64,000 nt of DNA from Thermoplasmata archaeon (GCA_021817415.1 JAKAUZ010000013.1:4376-68375), one strand, 5' to 3'. Positions 1 through 10,386 are shown, counted from the stretch's first letter. The notes: generated by a model not told the origin, from the sequence alone. Made by a program: numbers and translations.

Positions 1-1403
1 GTCAGGATCAGGAAGTAGGGGATGGGACTACAAGTGCTGTGGTTATTGCAGGAGAACTGCTTAAACAGGCAGAAGTTCTTCTGGAGCAGAGTGTGCATCC
101 AACTGTCATAGCAAACGGGTATAAACTTGCCTCAACAAAGGCTACTGAGGTCCTCGATAAAATAGCACTGAAGAATATAGATGATGTCTCACTGAAGAAC
201 GTTGCAAAGACGGCAATGACAGGTAAAAATGTAGGAGGTGTTACCGACTTCCTTGCGGACATTGCAGTTAAAGCTGTCAAATCTATTGTCGAAGAGAGGG
301 ACGGGAAGAAAGTAGTTGATGTTGATAATATACTTGTCCAGAAGAAGTTTGGTGGCGGCATCACGGATACTGAGCTTATTGAAGGGGTTGTAATTGACAA
401 GGAGAAAGTACACCCAAGGATGCCATCAGAAGTTACTGGCGCAAAGATTGCTTTAATTGACTCAGGACTGGAAATTAAGAAGACGGAAATAGACGCAAAA
501 ATACAGATAACAGATCCATCAAAGATCCAGGCATTCCTTGACCAGGAAGAAGAAACGCTTAAGACCATGGCAGACAAAATCAAGAAAGCTGGGGCAAATG
601 TCGTTCTGAGCCAGAAGGGAGTTGATGACCTTGCACAGCATTTTCTTGCGAAAGAGGGAATTTATGCCGTAAGAAGGGTCAAGAAGAGTGACATGGAAAA
701 GATAGCAAAGGCAACGGGTGCAAGAATCATCACCAATTTGGACGATCTCTCTCAGAAGGATCTAGGGTTCGCAAACAAGGTTGAGGAAAGGAAGATTGGA
801 GATGACAGGCTCACTTTCATAATGGGTTGCAAATTCCCGAAGTCAGTATCAATTATGATAAGGGGTGGAACGCAGCACACGATAGATGAGGTCGAAAGGG
901 CTCTTCACGATGCTCTGAAGGTGGTGGGAGTAGCAATAGAAGACGGAGCTATTGTTGTTGGAGGAGGAGCAATAGAGGCTGAAATAGCCCTGGAGTTAAG
1001 GAAGCTTGCCCCCACAGTTGGTGGACGGGAACAACTTGCGATTGAGTCATTTGCAAATGCTCTTGAAGTGATCCCCAGAACTCTAGCAGAGAACGCTGGA
1101 ATGGATTCAATAGACACCTTGCTAGCTCTTAGAGTTGCACACCAGAGTGGAAAAAAGAATTTTGGTGTCGACGCCCTGGACGGGGCAACAGGCGACATGT
1201 TGGCAAAAAATGTACTTGAACCGACAAGGGTCAAGAGCCACGCAATTGAGAGTGCGACTGAGGTGGCTACGATGATACTGAGGATTGATGACGTCATTTC
1301 TTCGAAGAAATCAAAGTCAGAAGGAGGACCACAAGGAGGAGGCCCCGAAGGAATGGGCGGAATGGGTGGCATGGGTGGAATGGGCGGAATGCCTCCAATG
1401 TGA
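1..1403 (+). CDS. ths: Thermosome (group II chaperonin) subunit, 5' end cut by the window edge
   Basis: The frame is open from nt 3 (QDQEVGDGTTSAVVIAGELL...) and contains the GDGTT nucleotide-binding motif. The layout is typical of a thermosome and ends in a GGM-repeat tail. The tracker start at 39 is an internal GTG. Confidence 0.95.
   Translation, partial: QDQEVGDGTTSAVVIAGELLKQAEVLLEQSVHPTVIANGYKLASTKATEVLDKIALKNIDDVSLKNVAKTAMTGKNVGGVTDFLADIAVKAVKSIVEERDGKKVVDVDNILVQKKFGGGITDTELIEGVVIDKEKVHPRMPSEVTGAKIALIDSGLEIKKTEIDAKIQITDPSKIQAFLDQEEETLKTMADKIKKAGANVVLSQKGVDDLAQHFLAKEGIYAVRRVKKSDMEKIAKATGARIITNLDDLSQKDLGFANKVEERKIGDDRLTFIMGCKFPKSVSIMIRGGTQHTIDEVERALHDALKVVGVAIEDGAIVVGGGAIEAEIALELRKLAPTVGGREQLAIESFANALEVIPRTLAENAGMDSIDTLLALRVAHQSGKKNFGVDALDGATGDMLAKNVLEPTRVKSHAIESATEVATMILRIDDVISSKKSKSEGGPQGGGPEGMGGMGGMGGMGGMPPM
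1350..1391 (+). repeat. In-frame 9-nt tandem repeat encoding the (GGM)n chaperonin tail
   Basis: Read directly from the sequence: ggaatgggc ggaatgggt ggcatgggt ggaatgggc ggaatg. Confidence 0.9.
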
Positions 1404-1412
1404 GGCAGTACC

Positions 1413-2363
1413 ATGGACCTGATACTTGGCCAAGAAGAGGAAAAAATAGAAAAAAGAGACTTTGACATTCTTATTATAGGCGCCGGGGCCGCCGGGCTCT
1501 CGGCCGCAATTTATTCTGTGAGGTCTGGTCTTTCGACAATAGTAATTGATGGGAGCACTCCGGGTGGATTAACGGCGGAAGCTCCACTTGTGGAGAATTA
1601 TCTCGGATTCACCGAGATTGTAGGTACACAATTGGCGAACCTGATGGTTGAGCACGCAAGAAACTATGTCAAAATCATCGACAACTGCAAGGTTCTCTCA
1701 ATCAAAAAGGAAGGGAATTTCAAGGTTGCAACAGAGAAGGGATTATTCTCCGCCAGAGGAATTATTTTCGCGACCGGGACAAAGCACAAACACTTAGGGG
1801 TTGAAGGGGAAGCAGAGTATTACGGCAAAGGAGTGTCCTACTGTTCAACGTGCGATGGTTATCTATTCAAGAATAAGAAGGTGCTTGTAATAGGAGGGGG
1901 GAACTCTGGAGCCATCGCAGGAATATCTCTCAAGAACATAGCGAAAGAAGTGAAGATTTTCGAATTCATGCCAAAATATATGTGCGAAGATGCTTATGTA
2001 AAGCAAATTCAATCAATGGGCATCGAATATAAGAGAAACGTTCAGGTAACCAAGATAAAAGGAGATGGAAAATCAGTCAGGTCTGTGGTCTTTAAGGACA
2101 GATCCACTGGAGAGGAAAAGGAAGAACTGTTCGATGGTATCTTCATTTATGTTGGGCTCACACCGCAATCGGACGTAGCAAGAGATATGGGAGTCAAACT
2201 GAACGAGAAGGGTTTTATTCAAATAGACAGGAATTGCAGGACTAATCTGGATCTTGTTTATGCCACTGGGGATGTGGCAGGATCGTTCGCGCAAATAATC
2301 GTGGCAGCATCTGATGGTGCAATAGCGGCAAATTCAGCGTGGCTTGACCTGAGCAAAAGGTAA
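1413..2363 (+). CDS. trxB: Thioredoxin reductase (low-Mr type)
   Basis: GxGxxG motif (IIGAGAAG), redox-active CxxC in YCSTCDG, and a second dinucleotide fold VIGGGNSG. The HRRxxxR NADPH motif is absent (see findings). Confidence 0.9.
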   Translation: MDLILGQEEEKIEKRDFDILIIGAGAAGLSAAIYSVRSGLSTIVIDGSTPGGLTAEAPLVENYLGFTEIVGTQLANLMVEHARNYVKIIDNCKVLSIKKEGNFKVATEKGLFSARGIIFATGTKHKHLGVEGEAEYYGKGVSYCSTCDGYLFKNKKVLVIGGGNSGAIAGISLKNIAKEVKIFEFMPKYMCEDAYVKQIQSMGIEYKRNVQVTKIKGDGKSVRSVVFKDRSTGEEKEELFDGIFIYVGLTPQSDVARDMGVKLNEKGFIQIDRNCRTNLDLVYATGDVAGSFAQIIVAASDGAIAANSAWLDLSKR

Positions 2364-2366
2364 AGG

Positions 2367-3548
2367 ATGCTATTAAGAAACGTAAACATCTTGACTCCTC
2401 CAAATATGGAGTATCTGGCAGGATATGAACTTGGTAGAGTTGAAATTTCGAGGGGGATGGATATTGAAATCGAAGGTTCCATCATAAAATCAATAAAGAG
2501 AAGCAGCGAAGAGAGCAATCCGGACAAATGGGTAATACCTGCATTCACAGATCCTCATACTCATTCAATCTTCTGTGGAAAAAGGGAGAATGAGATAGAC
2601 AGAAGGAAAGAGGTCGGCTATCAAAAGATTCTGGAAGAAGGCGGGGGAATATACAAGAGCATCGCTGACACATCATCGTGTTCAGAAGAACAGATGCTTG
2701 TTCAGAGCAAGAAGAGAATAGTATCGATGATGAAGAATGGAACTGCCATTTTCGAGATTAAGACAGGTTATGGAAAAGACCTTAGTGTAGATAAAAGAAT
2801 GCTAGCGGTGATGGAAAAGGTGGAAAAGGATCTTGGAATATCCGTGAAGAAAACACTTCTAGCTCACGTGATACCAGGAGGATACTCAGAAGCTGACTAT
2901 GTGAATGAGTTTACAGGCCTCATGGAAGAAGAGAGGGCAAGAATAGATTTCGTTGACGTATTTGTGGATACAGGTGCATTCTCTGTTGCTTCTGCGAAGA
3001 AAATATTCACGAAAGCAAATGAAATGGGAGTGGGGACCAGAGTGCACATGAATGAAATTGCCAATTTGAATGGAATCAGTGAGCTATCAAAACTTGGTAT
3101 CAGGTCCTGGGACCACATGATTGAAACCCGGGAGGAAGAGATCGCACTGATTAACGCAGTAATCACTTTCCTTCCACTGACCTCACTATTTCTTGGAAAG
3201 AATCCAAGAATTTTCAAACGATTTCTGGAATCAAACAAGATAATAGCTATTGGGTCTGACTTATCGCCGAATTCTTATGTCCTTTCGCTTTTATTTGTGT
3301 TATCTCTAGCAAGACAGACTTCTCCTTTCACGCTGTCACAACTGATAAACATGGCAACAATAAACTCGACTTATTCTCTAGGACTGAGTCAGAGTGCAGG
3401 TACCATCCATCCTGGGAAGAAGGCGAATCTTATAGTGCTCAGCGACTCCTACGAAAATATTGGATATATTTTTGGAGAGGACCCAATTGAGGAAGTCATT
3501 GTAAATGGAAAGGGCGTGAGAGATAAATCATATGGAACCGATCATTAA
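2367..3548 (+). CDS. hutI: Amidohydrolase, imidazolonepropionase-like
   Basis: FTDPHTHS metal-binding HxH motif, EEGGGI motif, and a length and layout typical of HutI. No other hut genes are in the window. Confidence 0.65.
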   Translation: MLLRNVNILTPPNMEYLAGYELGRVEISRGMDIEIEGSIIKSIKRSSEESNPDKWVIPAFTDPHTHSIFCGKRENEIDRRKEVGYQKILEEGGGIYKSIADTSSCSEEQMLVQSKKRIVSMMKNGTAIFEIKTGYGKDLSVDKRMLAVMEKVEKDLGISVKKTLLAHVIPGGYSEADYVNEFTGLMEEERARIDFVDVFVDTGAFSVASAKKIFTKANEMGVGTRVHMNEIANLNGISELSKLGIRSWDHMIETREEEIALINAVITFLPLTSLFLGKNPRIFKRFLESNKIIAIGSDLSPNSYVLSLLFVLSLARQTSPFTLSQLINMATINSTYSLGLSQSAGTIHPGKKANLIVLSDSYENIGYIFGEDPIEEVIVNGKGVRDKSYGTDH

Positions 3549-3617
3549 AATGGAAATTGCATCTTGCACTGGGCCCAAAACAGAAATGAATTTAATGATG
3601 TACAAAATCAGGAGGTG

Positions 3618-4862
3618 ATGAAAGTACTCCCTTTCTTCACGCTTGATGATTTTGACCTGAAGAACAAAACAGTTTTTCTAAGGGTGGACATCAATTCGCC
3701 TGTAGATCCAAAGATGAACACTATACTCGATGACTCGAGGTTCAAAGCTCACTTGGAGACTATAAACGAATTGAGGAACAGTAAATTGGTCATACTCGCA
3801 CATCAGAGCAGACCAGGCAAGAAAGACTTTACAAGTCTGAAGATACATTCAGAGCATCTTTCAGAACTGATTAAGAGAAAGGTGAAATTTGTTCCAGGCC
3901 TGTACGAAGATCACGTACTGGAAGAAATCGATAATGCCAAGACAGGGGACGTGCTAATGCTGGAAAATACCCGGGTGTATTCTGAGGAGGTAGTACTTGC
4001 AGATGAAAAAATGGATGTCTTGAAACAGACGCACATTATAAGAAATCTCTCAAGACACATGGATTTTTTTGTAAATGATGCATTTGCTGCTGCTCATCGA
4101 CCGAATGTGACCCTGATCGGATTCTCAGAGATTCTTCCAAACATAGCGGGAAGACTTATGGAGCGAGAAATTACTGGGGTAGAGAGATTCTACTCTCTAA
4201 ACAAGGAACCAAAGATTGGCGTTTTTGGAGGGTCAAAGGCGGACGATTCACTTAGGATCATAAAAAGAATGCTAAGTGAAGGGAAACTCAGCAAGATACT
4301 CATCGGAGGTCTGGTGGGCCATTTGTTCCTGATGGCAAAGGGGGTAAGTATAGGGAAGCCGAATGAAGATGTGCTCAACAGGGAACTGAAGAATCTTGAT
4401 CAGCTTGTTTCACAGGCTGCAGACATTATTTCAAAATACGATGATTCAGTTGAGGTACCGGTTGATTTTACAGGGTCAGATAATGGGAGACCAGTTTATT
4501 TCAAGTTGGAGAATTTCCGTCAGGATATCCCTGCAGTGGACATAGGGATAGACACAATAGTATCATTCGCCTCAACCATCCGAAAGGCAAGTGCGATCAT
4601 CCTAAATGGCCCAATGGGGGTATTTGAACTGAAAGATTTCTCAACGGGCACCAGGGAAGTATTTGGGGCAATTGCGGATTCGAGCGCTTACAAGATTGCA
4701 GGAGGAGGTCATACCAATGCAGCGTTGGATATGATGGGATTCAGCCACAGGATCGATCATCTCTCCACTGGAGGGGGGGCCCTCATAAGCTATCTTGCTG
4801 GAGAAGAAATGCCGGCAATAGAATCACTTATAAATTCTAAGAAGAAATTCAGTGAGAGTTGA
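3618..4862 (+). CDS. pgk: Phosphoglycerate kinase
   Basis: FTLDDFDLKNKTVFLRVDINSPVD N-terminus and archaeal PGK layout. The ATG at 3618 is preceded by aggaggtg. The tracker TTG at 3564 adds 18 non-conserved residues. Confidence 0.9.
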   Translation: MKVLPFFTLDDFDLKNKTVFLRVDINSPVDPKMNTILDDSRFKAHLETINELRNSKLVILAHQSRPGKKDFTSLKIHSEHLSELIKRKVKFVPGLYEDHVLEEIDNAKTGDVLMLENTRVYSEEVVLADEKMDVLKQTHIIRNLSRHMDFFVNDAFAAAHRPNVTLIGFSEILPNIAGRLMEREITGVERFYSLNKEPKIGVFGGSKADDSLRIIKRMLSEGKLSKILIGGLVGHLFLMAKGVSIGKPNEDVLNRELKNLDQLVSQAADIISKYDDSVEVPVDFTGSDNGRPVYFKLENFRQDIPAVDIGIDTIVSFASTIRKASAIILNGPMGVFELKDFSTGTREVFGAIADSSAYKIAGGGHTNAALDMMGFSHRIDHLSTGGGALISYLAGEEMPAIESLINSKKKFSES

Positions 4863-4863
4863 T

Positions 4864-5268
4864 ATGACAGATGATAGCAAACTTGACCAGATTGCATACT
4901 CAATGGAGATACTGAAACAGCAGATGGGAGAAGTTAGGGACCAGGAGCAATCACTGGCACTAGTTCTCCAGGACATCCTGAATAGCCTAAATTTCCTAAG
5001 GAACATATCAGGAGTCGAGGGGGATTCGCTTATCCCGATTGGTAGAGGTCTCTATGTGGTAGGGGATATAAAGGACAAGGATAGGGTGATGGTCGACATT
5101 GGCACAGGCGCATACAAGAAAACAAAAGTTGACGACGCACTTTCAATTCTTGAGGATAGAAGAGTAGAGATATCCAGAGCATTAGAAAATGCAAGGAAAT
5201 CTGAGGAGGAAATCCAGCGAAGATACCTTCAGCTCGAAGATTATCTGAACAGAGTCTACCAAAAGTGA
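4864..5268 (+). CDS. pfdA: Prefoldin alpha subunit
   Basis: About 135 aa with a coiled-coil/beta-hairpin/coiled-coil pattern. It sits directly upstream of ftsY, as in many archaea. The ATG at 4864 follows the pgk stop. Confidence 0.75.
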   Translation: MTDDSKLDQIAYSMEILKQQMGEVRDQEQSLALVLQDILNSLNFLRNISGVEGDSLIPIGRGLYVVGDIKDKDRVMVDIGTGAYKKTKVDDALSILEDRRVEISRALENARKSEEEIQRRYLQLEDYLNRVYQK

Positions 5269-5272
5269 AAAA

Positions 5273-6190
5273 ATGTTTGACAAGCTTAAAGAAAAGCTAG
5301 GAATAGGGAAGAGGCAGGATGGAGCAATTCCATCAGACAGTCTGACATCTGGAATTGGGAAATCACTCGGCGATTTCAAAGATTATACGGAGGACCTGAA
5401 GATATCGTTGCTGGAAGCCGACGTCTCCCTGCCAGTTTCGGAAAAAATCGGTAAAGAAATGTACGAAAGATTATCGGGAAAGAGAATCAGATTTGGAGAA
5501 GACAGGGACAGGGTGCTGAAAGAAGCGGTAAGGATGACGATCAAGGACTTGACCTCGATTGAAATACCTGATATCACAAGAGAGGCAGAGAGAAAGTCGC
5601 CATTCATAATAATGCTTGTAGGGATGAATGGGACGGGAAAGACAACTTCAGCAGCCAAATTAGCCGAATCGTTCAAGGATAAGGGGTTCTATGTCGTACT
5701 TGCTGCATCTGATACTTTCCGGGCGGGGGCAATTGAACAGCTCTCTCTACATAGTGAAAAGTTGGGTGTAAAGATCATTAAGCATCAAACGGGAGGAGAC
5801 CCTGCCGCTGTCGCATTTGATGCAATTAAGCATGCATCCAAATTCATGAGGGCAGTAGTGATAATTGATACCGCAGGCAGGATGCAAACCAACAAGAACC
5901 TCCTGGAAGAAATGAAAAAGATACAAAGGATTGCAAAACCAGACATGGTAATCCTTACGCTAGATGCTCTCTCTGGTAACGATGCCATCAATCAGGCTAG
6001 AATGTTTGATGAGGCAGTAAAAGTTGACGGCTATATTTTGACCAAGATAGATGCAGATGCAAAGGGTGGAAGTATTTTGACTCTTCTGGCGGAAACAAAG
6101 AAACCAATCTATTACGTTGGAACAGGCCAAAATTACGGAGATATGATAAATTTCAGTCTGGACTGGTATCTCGACAAGCTACTGACCTAG
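5273..6190 (+). CDS. ftsY: Signal recognition particle receptor FtsY
   Basis: SRP GTPase motifs GMNGTGKTT, DTAGR and TKIDA. Confidence 0.93.
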   Translation: MFDKLKEKLGIGKRQDGAIPSDSLTSGIGKSLGDFKDYTEDLKISLLEADVSLPVSEKIGKEMYERLSGKRIRFGEDRDRVLKEAVRMTIKDLTSIEIPDITREAERKSPFIIMLVGMNGTGKTTSAAKLAESFKDKGFYVVLAASDTFRAGAIEQLSLHSEKLGVKIIKHQTGGDPAAVAFDAIKHASKFMRAVVIIDTAGRMQTNKNLLEEMKKIQRIAKPDMVILTLDALSGNDAINQARMFDEAVKVDGYILTKIDADAKGGSILTLLAETKKPIYYVGTGQNYGDMINFSLDWYLDKLLT

Positions 6191-6882
6191 GCTGTTTTTA
6201 ATTTTTCCTTAATTTCCGCAGGAGATAAGTCTGTAGTCACAAGAGGAACTCGTTCCAGTTCCGAGATTCTGATAGCAAGCTCATCGACTCGTTTCGGTCT
6301 TATATAGACCACCATCGCAGGTTTTAAAGGGTGAACACGCACTGCAATCATAGGCGACCTGCCAAATTCCACGTTTGTGAAAAACAATGCCCTTTCTGAA
6401 GTCCACCCGTATACTTTGAAATAATCAAATGATGTCAGTTCTAGAATTGCGGTTAGCGAATCAAGAATAGTATAACCCCTTATATTTCTCTTGATGTCCA
6501 ATTTAGAGGCCAGTTTTCCATCTATCATTCTGATGAACTTATCAAATGGAACGTCGTAGAAGAATTCCTTAATGTCAATTATGACCTTATTTCCGGTGCC
6601 TAAAGAATGCCTAAGAATAACCGGGCTACCCCTTTCTCCATCGATTTCAATCATTGCTTCCACGATGTTTCGTATGAAATTTGCACCGGGGGAGCGTCTT
6701 CTCCCAGTTTCATAATCACTTATTACTGAAGTATTCATGTGCATCCTTTCAGCAATATCCTTCTGTGTGACATCGAATTCCTCCCTCCATTTCTTAATGG
6801 TCTTCCCGGGATTATCAGACATGACTATTTCTCCGGCTATGTTAAATGTCAGCTCCCGCATGGTTAGATCGGAATTTTCCAT
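6187..6882 (-). CDS. XRE-type HTH transcriptional regulator with a conserved archaeal C-terminal domain (COG1395-like)
   Basis: HTH segment TQKDIAERMHMNTSVISDYETGRR. The stop overlaps the ftsY stop region. Confidence 0.6.
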   Translation of the reverse strand: MENSDLTMRELTFNIAGEIVMSDNPGKTIKKWREEFDVTQKDIAERMHMNTSVISDYETGRRRSPGANFIRNIVEAMIEIDGERGSPVILRHSLGTGNKVIIDIKEFFYDVPFDKFIRMIDGKLASKLDIKRNIRGYTILDSLTAILELTSFDYFKVYGWTSERALFFTNVEFGRSPMIAVRVHPLKPAMVVYIRPKRVDELAIRISELERVPLVTTDLSPAEIKEKLKTA

Positions 6883-6903
6883 TGAAAGAGAATATGCTAA
6901 AGG

Positions 6904-6913
6904 TTTTTAAATT
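6904..6913 (+). promoter_or_regulatory. Candidate TATA box for tRNA-Pro
   Basis: The sequence tttttaaatt is centred about 26 nt upstream of the first tRNA nucleotide (6934). Confidence 0.4.
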
Positions 6914-6933
6914 CATGGACGATTCCGACATTG

Positions 6934-7008
6934 GGGCTTGTGGGGTAGATTGGTTCATCCTTTCGGCTTCGGGAGTCGAAGACTCCGGTTCAAATCCGGA
7001 CAAGCCCA
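6934..7008 (+). tRNA. tRNA-Pro (anticodon CGG), no intron, CCA not encoded
   Basis: Manual cloverleaf: acceptor GGGCTTG/CAAGCCC, D arm GGGT..ATCC, anticodon stem TCGGC/GTCGA with loop TTCGGGA, T arm TCCGG-TTCAAAT-CCGGA, discriminator A. Confidence 0.9.
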
Positions 7009-7095
7009 TACGTTCACAACGAACCTGAGGGGTTCCCCTAAAAAATTAATTAACTCCAAGGGATAATTGAGGTGGACAGATAGAAGGATAGGGAA

Positions 7096-9465
7096 ATGGA
7101 AATTGACAAGAATCAAATCAAGGGACTAACGAGTGAGGAAGCTAGCAGAAGGATTTCTGATTATGGTTATAATGAAATAGAAGAAAAGAAAAGAAATCCT
7201 GCGAGAGAATTCCTCAAGAGATTCTGGGGGCTGACTCCCTGGATGCTTGAAATAACGATTATATTTTCTTTTCTTATCCATAAATTAATTGATGTTTACG
7301 TCATAGCCGGTCTTTTGGTTGTAAATGCAATTATCGGATATACCCAAGAAGAGAAAGCTTCTAAGGCAGTCGAATTGCTGAAAAATAGTCTTCAAGTAAA
7401 TTCTAAAGTGTTGAGGGATGGGAAGTGGACAAAACTGAAAGCAAGATATATAGTCCCAGGGGACGTCATCAGAATAAGGGCAGGGGACTTCGTACCTGCA
7501 GATCTGGATTTAGTAGAGGGTGAGGAACTCGACGTAGATCAGTCTGCTCTAACGGGAGAATCTCTTCCAGTCGCTAAGAAAATTGGAGAGAGAGTGTATT
7601 CCGGCTCAATTCTGCGGAAAGGGGAGGGTACCGGGATAGTTGTTGCTACAGGCAAAAAGACATATTTCGGAAAGACAACCGAACTGGTCAGCATAGCAAA
7701 ACCAAAGCTGCATATGGAGGAAGTGACAGAAAAGATTGTCAATTATCTTCTACTGATAGTCATAATTCTTCTAGGAGTAATATTCATTTTCTCCTATGTC
7801 AGGGGAATATATCTGTTGGACGTAGTTCCACTGGCACTGATGCTTGTAGTTTTTGCGGTACCGGTCGCCCTCCCGGCGATGTTCACGGTTAGCATGGCCA
7901 TCGGGTCGTTGGAAACCGCTAAAAGGGGGGCTCTTGTAACAAGACTGAATGCAATTGAAGATGCTGCCACCATGGACACCCTCTGTGCAGACAAAACAGG
8001 AACACTAACCCAGAACAAATTATCAATTTCAGAAATAGTTCCTCTTGGTGATTTTAGCAGGAAAGACGCCGTCCTATACGGTTACCTTGCGTCTGAAGAA
8101 GCGGATAATGATCCTATAGATATTGCCTTCATTACTGAAGCGAAGAGCTCATTGATCTCTAAAGAGGGCATCAATATAGAAAATTTCAGGGGATTCGATC
8201 CATCCACCAGAAGGACAGAAGCCTCAGTTACTATTGCTGGAAAGAATCTCAGAGTGGTAAAGGGGGCCGTTGACACAATATTGAAATTATGCAACGATAC
8301 TGGCAACAAGGAAATTTTGAAAATAGAAAACGAAATTGCATCCCATGGACACAGGATAATTGCCATCGCCATATCAGAGAAAGACGGGTTCAGGATGGTT
8401 GCGTTGGCTGGTTTGTCAGATCTTCCTCGGCCAGATACAGCTCAAGCAATAGGAGAACTCAAGGAATTGGGTATCAGCATTAAAATGCTAACTGGGGATG
8501 CGGAACCAATCGCAAGGGAGATATCCAAGAATATAGGTCTGGGTGAGCGAGTAATCACCGGAAACAAAATTAAAGAACTCAAAGTGAGGGACCCTGTTAG
8601 AGCAGCTAACCTTGCAGAAAATAGCGATGTATTTGCAGAGATCTTTCCAGAGGACAAATACACAATAGTGAAAGGTCTCCAGGCAAAGGAACACATCGTA
8701 GGAATGACTGGAGACGGAATAAATGATGCACCAGCACTGAGAAGGGCAGAAGTGGGAATAGCAGTAAGCAATGCCACTGACGTAGCAAAGGGAGCTGCCA
8801 GTGTGGTCCTTACGTCTGAAGGTCTGGCAAATATAGTCGACCTTGTGAAAACCGGGCGGATAACTTACCAAAGGATTGTGACATGGGTTATAAACAAGAT
8901 AGTTAAAACATTCCAGGTTGCCGTATTCCTCGCAATAGGATTCATAGTCACCGGTTATTTCCTCCTTTCTCCGCTGGACATCATTCTTTTCCTCTTCCTG
9001 ATTGATTTTGTGACGATTTCGCTATCGACTGACAGCATGAAAGGCTCGAAAAATCCAGAAAAGTGGGATATTAAAAATCTGGTGAAGGTTGGGATATCAA
9101 TGGGAGCGATACAGGTAGCCGAGATGTTTCTTCTATTATTCATAGGCCTGAGCTATTTGCATCTCAACAACATAAATGTCCTGAATACATTTTTCTTCAC
9201 AGAAATAATGTTCTTTGGACTTTTGACCCCAGTGATTATCAGGGAGAACGACTTCTTCTGGAAATCTAAACCGGGGAAAACGCTGACACTTTCAATAACA
9301 ATAGATATGGTCGTGGTTTCAGTTCTCTCCCTCATTGGATTCAACATAATAACGCCAGTATCCATATTAGAGTACGTTATACTGTTGGCTTTTGGCCTTT
9401 CCATGAACCTCGGACTGAACGATTTGCTTAAGGTCATTCTGGCAAGTATTGGTGTATCAAGGTGA
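7096..9465 (+). CDS. P-type ATPase, plasma-membrane H+-ATPase-like (P3 type)
   Basis: CADKTGTLT phosphorylation site, TGES, MTGDGINDAPAL, and an N-terminus (LTSEEASRRISDYGYNEIEEKK) typical of proton-pump P-type ATPases. Confidence 0.85.
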   Translation: MEIDKNQIKGLTSEEASRRISDYGYNEIEEKKRNPAREFLKRFWGLTPWMLEITIIFSFLIHKLIDVYVIAGLLVVNAIIGYTQEEKASKAVELLKNSLQVNSKVLRDGKWTKLKARYIVPGDVIRIRAGDFVPADLDLVEGEELDVDQSALTGESLPVAKKIGERVYSGSILRKGEGTGIVVATGKKTYFGKTTELVSIAKPKLHMEEVTEKIVNYLLLIVIILLGVIFIFSYVRGIYLLDVVPLALMLVVFAVPVALPAMFTVSMAIGSLETAKRGALVTRLNAIEDAATMDTLCADKTGTLTQNKLSISEIVPLGDFSRKDAVLYGYLASEEADNDPIDIAFITEAKSSLISKEGINIENFRGFDPSTRRTEASVTIAGKNLRVVKGAVDTILKLCNDTGNKEILKIENEIASHGHRIIAIAISEKDGFRMVALAGLSDLPRPDTAQAIGELKELGISIKMLTGDAEPIAREISKNIGLGERVITGNKIKELKVRDPVRAANLAENSDVFAEIFPEDKYTIVKGLQAKEHIVGMTGDGINDAPALRRAEVGIAVSNATDVAKGAASVVLTSEGLANIVDLVKTGRITYQRIVTWVINKIVKTFQVAVFLAIGFIVTGYFLLSPLDIILFLFLIDFVTISLSTDSMKGSKNPEKWDIKNLVKVGISMGAIQVAEMFLLLFIGLSYLHLNNINVLNTFFFTEIMFFGLLTPVIIRENDFFWKSKPGKTLTLSITIDMVVVSVLSLIGFNIITPVSILEYVILLAFGLSMNLGLNDLLKVILASIGVSR

Positions 9466-9474
9466 GCAAATTTC

Positions 9475-10386
9475 CTAGCGTATCCCCATCTTTTTCATCA
9501 CAACATAAGCCACAGCCAAGTCTTCAAGACCTATACCCATGGACTTGAAAACACTCTTTCTTATTTCCTTAGTACTATCTGTGGTAACGAAATCTCTGAG
9601 TTCCAGCACATTCCCTTTACCATTTGAGGACAGATAATCCATGATTTCTGCGGATTCTTTCGCAGACTGCTCAAGGTGTTCCACTATTACCATTTCGCTC
9701 CCTTCGAGGACGCTATTATCAACTTCCCTCCTGAATGGTAGATTTGCCCCTGCTAAATTGATGTGGAATTCGTCTCCCAGGTCCTCGAAAGAGAATATAG
9801 GGGAATTCGAAGTTGTGATTGTGTTGATCACCCTTGATTTAGAGATGGCGTCCCTTGCCGTGTTGGCGACTGTGATATCAATCCCGAACTTACCGGACAT
9901 TCTTGTCGCAAATGAATTTGCATTTTTATTATTTCTGGAATAAACAAATACATATTCAGGTTCGAATACGTTCAATAATCCTTCTAGCTGCGTTTCTGCC
10001 TGATAACCAGAACCTATGATCGTAACTGGGGGATTCTTATCTTTCACAATTTTGCGAGAAACCATTGCAGTAAGCGCCCCAGTTCTAATCCTGCCCAATT
10101 CGTCAGCTTCCAAAATTGCCTCTAATTCGTTTGTCTCGGTGTTGAATACAACTACCACAAATTTGGCTCCGGTCTTGGTGGCAAAATATGCTTTCAGTCC
10201 GGCTATTTTGTATTTTGATATTATGGCCGGCATGGAATTCAGCACTTTACCATCCAGCATTGTCCGAATCCTTGCCTCTGCGGCAGCGTTTCCATTATGG
10301 TACTCAACAAATGCATCCTCAAGAATATCTATTGTATCCTTCATCTGTAGATATTTTGACACTTCTTTCTCGGTTATGTAACGCAT
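9475..10386 (-). CDS. Ornithine cyclodeaminase/mu-crystallin family protein (archaeal alanine dehydrogenase-like)
   Basis: Family-typical N-terminus and Rossmann motif IIGSGYQA. Confidence 0.75.
   Translation of the reverse strand: MRYITEKEVSKYLQMKDTIDILEDAFVEYHNGNAAAEARIRTMLDGKVLNSMPAIISKYKIAGLKAYFATKTGAKFVVVVFNTETNELEAILEADELGRIRTGALTAMVSRKIVKDKNPPVTIIGSGYQAETQLEGLLNVFEPEYVFVYSRNNKNANSFATRMSGKFGIDITVANTARDAISKSRVINTITTSNSPIFSFEDLGDEFHINLAGANLPFRREVDNSVLEGSEMVIVEHLEQSAKESAEIMDYLSSNGKGNVLELRDFVTTDSTKEIRKSVFKSMGIGLEDLAVAYVVMKKMGIR

Noticed and set aside
8-1468. Antisense ORFs 8..583(-), 189..413(-) and 905..1468(-)
   Set aside because: They sit opposite the strongly supported thermosome gene. 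Their low-complexity Ser/Pro/Ile-rich translations are typical of antisense frames. The same reasoning applies to the many other antisense or out-of-frame tracker ORFs inside the ATPase, ileS, hdrA-like, cyt b and other confident genes.
6846-7028. 60-aa plus-strand ORF
   Set aside because: It overlaps the start of the HTH regulator gene and reads through the tRNA-Pro gene. The tRNA explains the sequence conservation.
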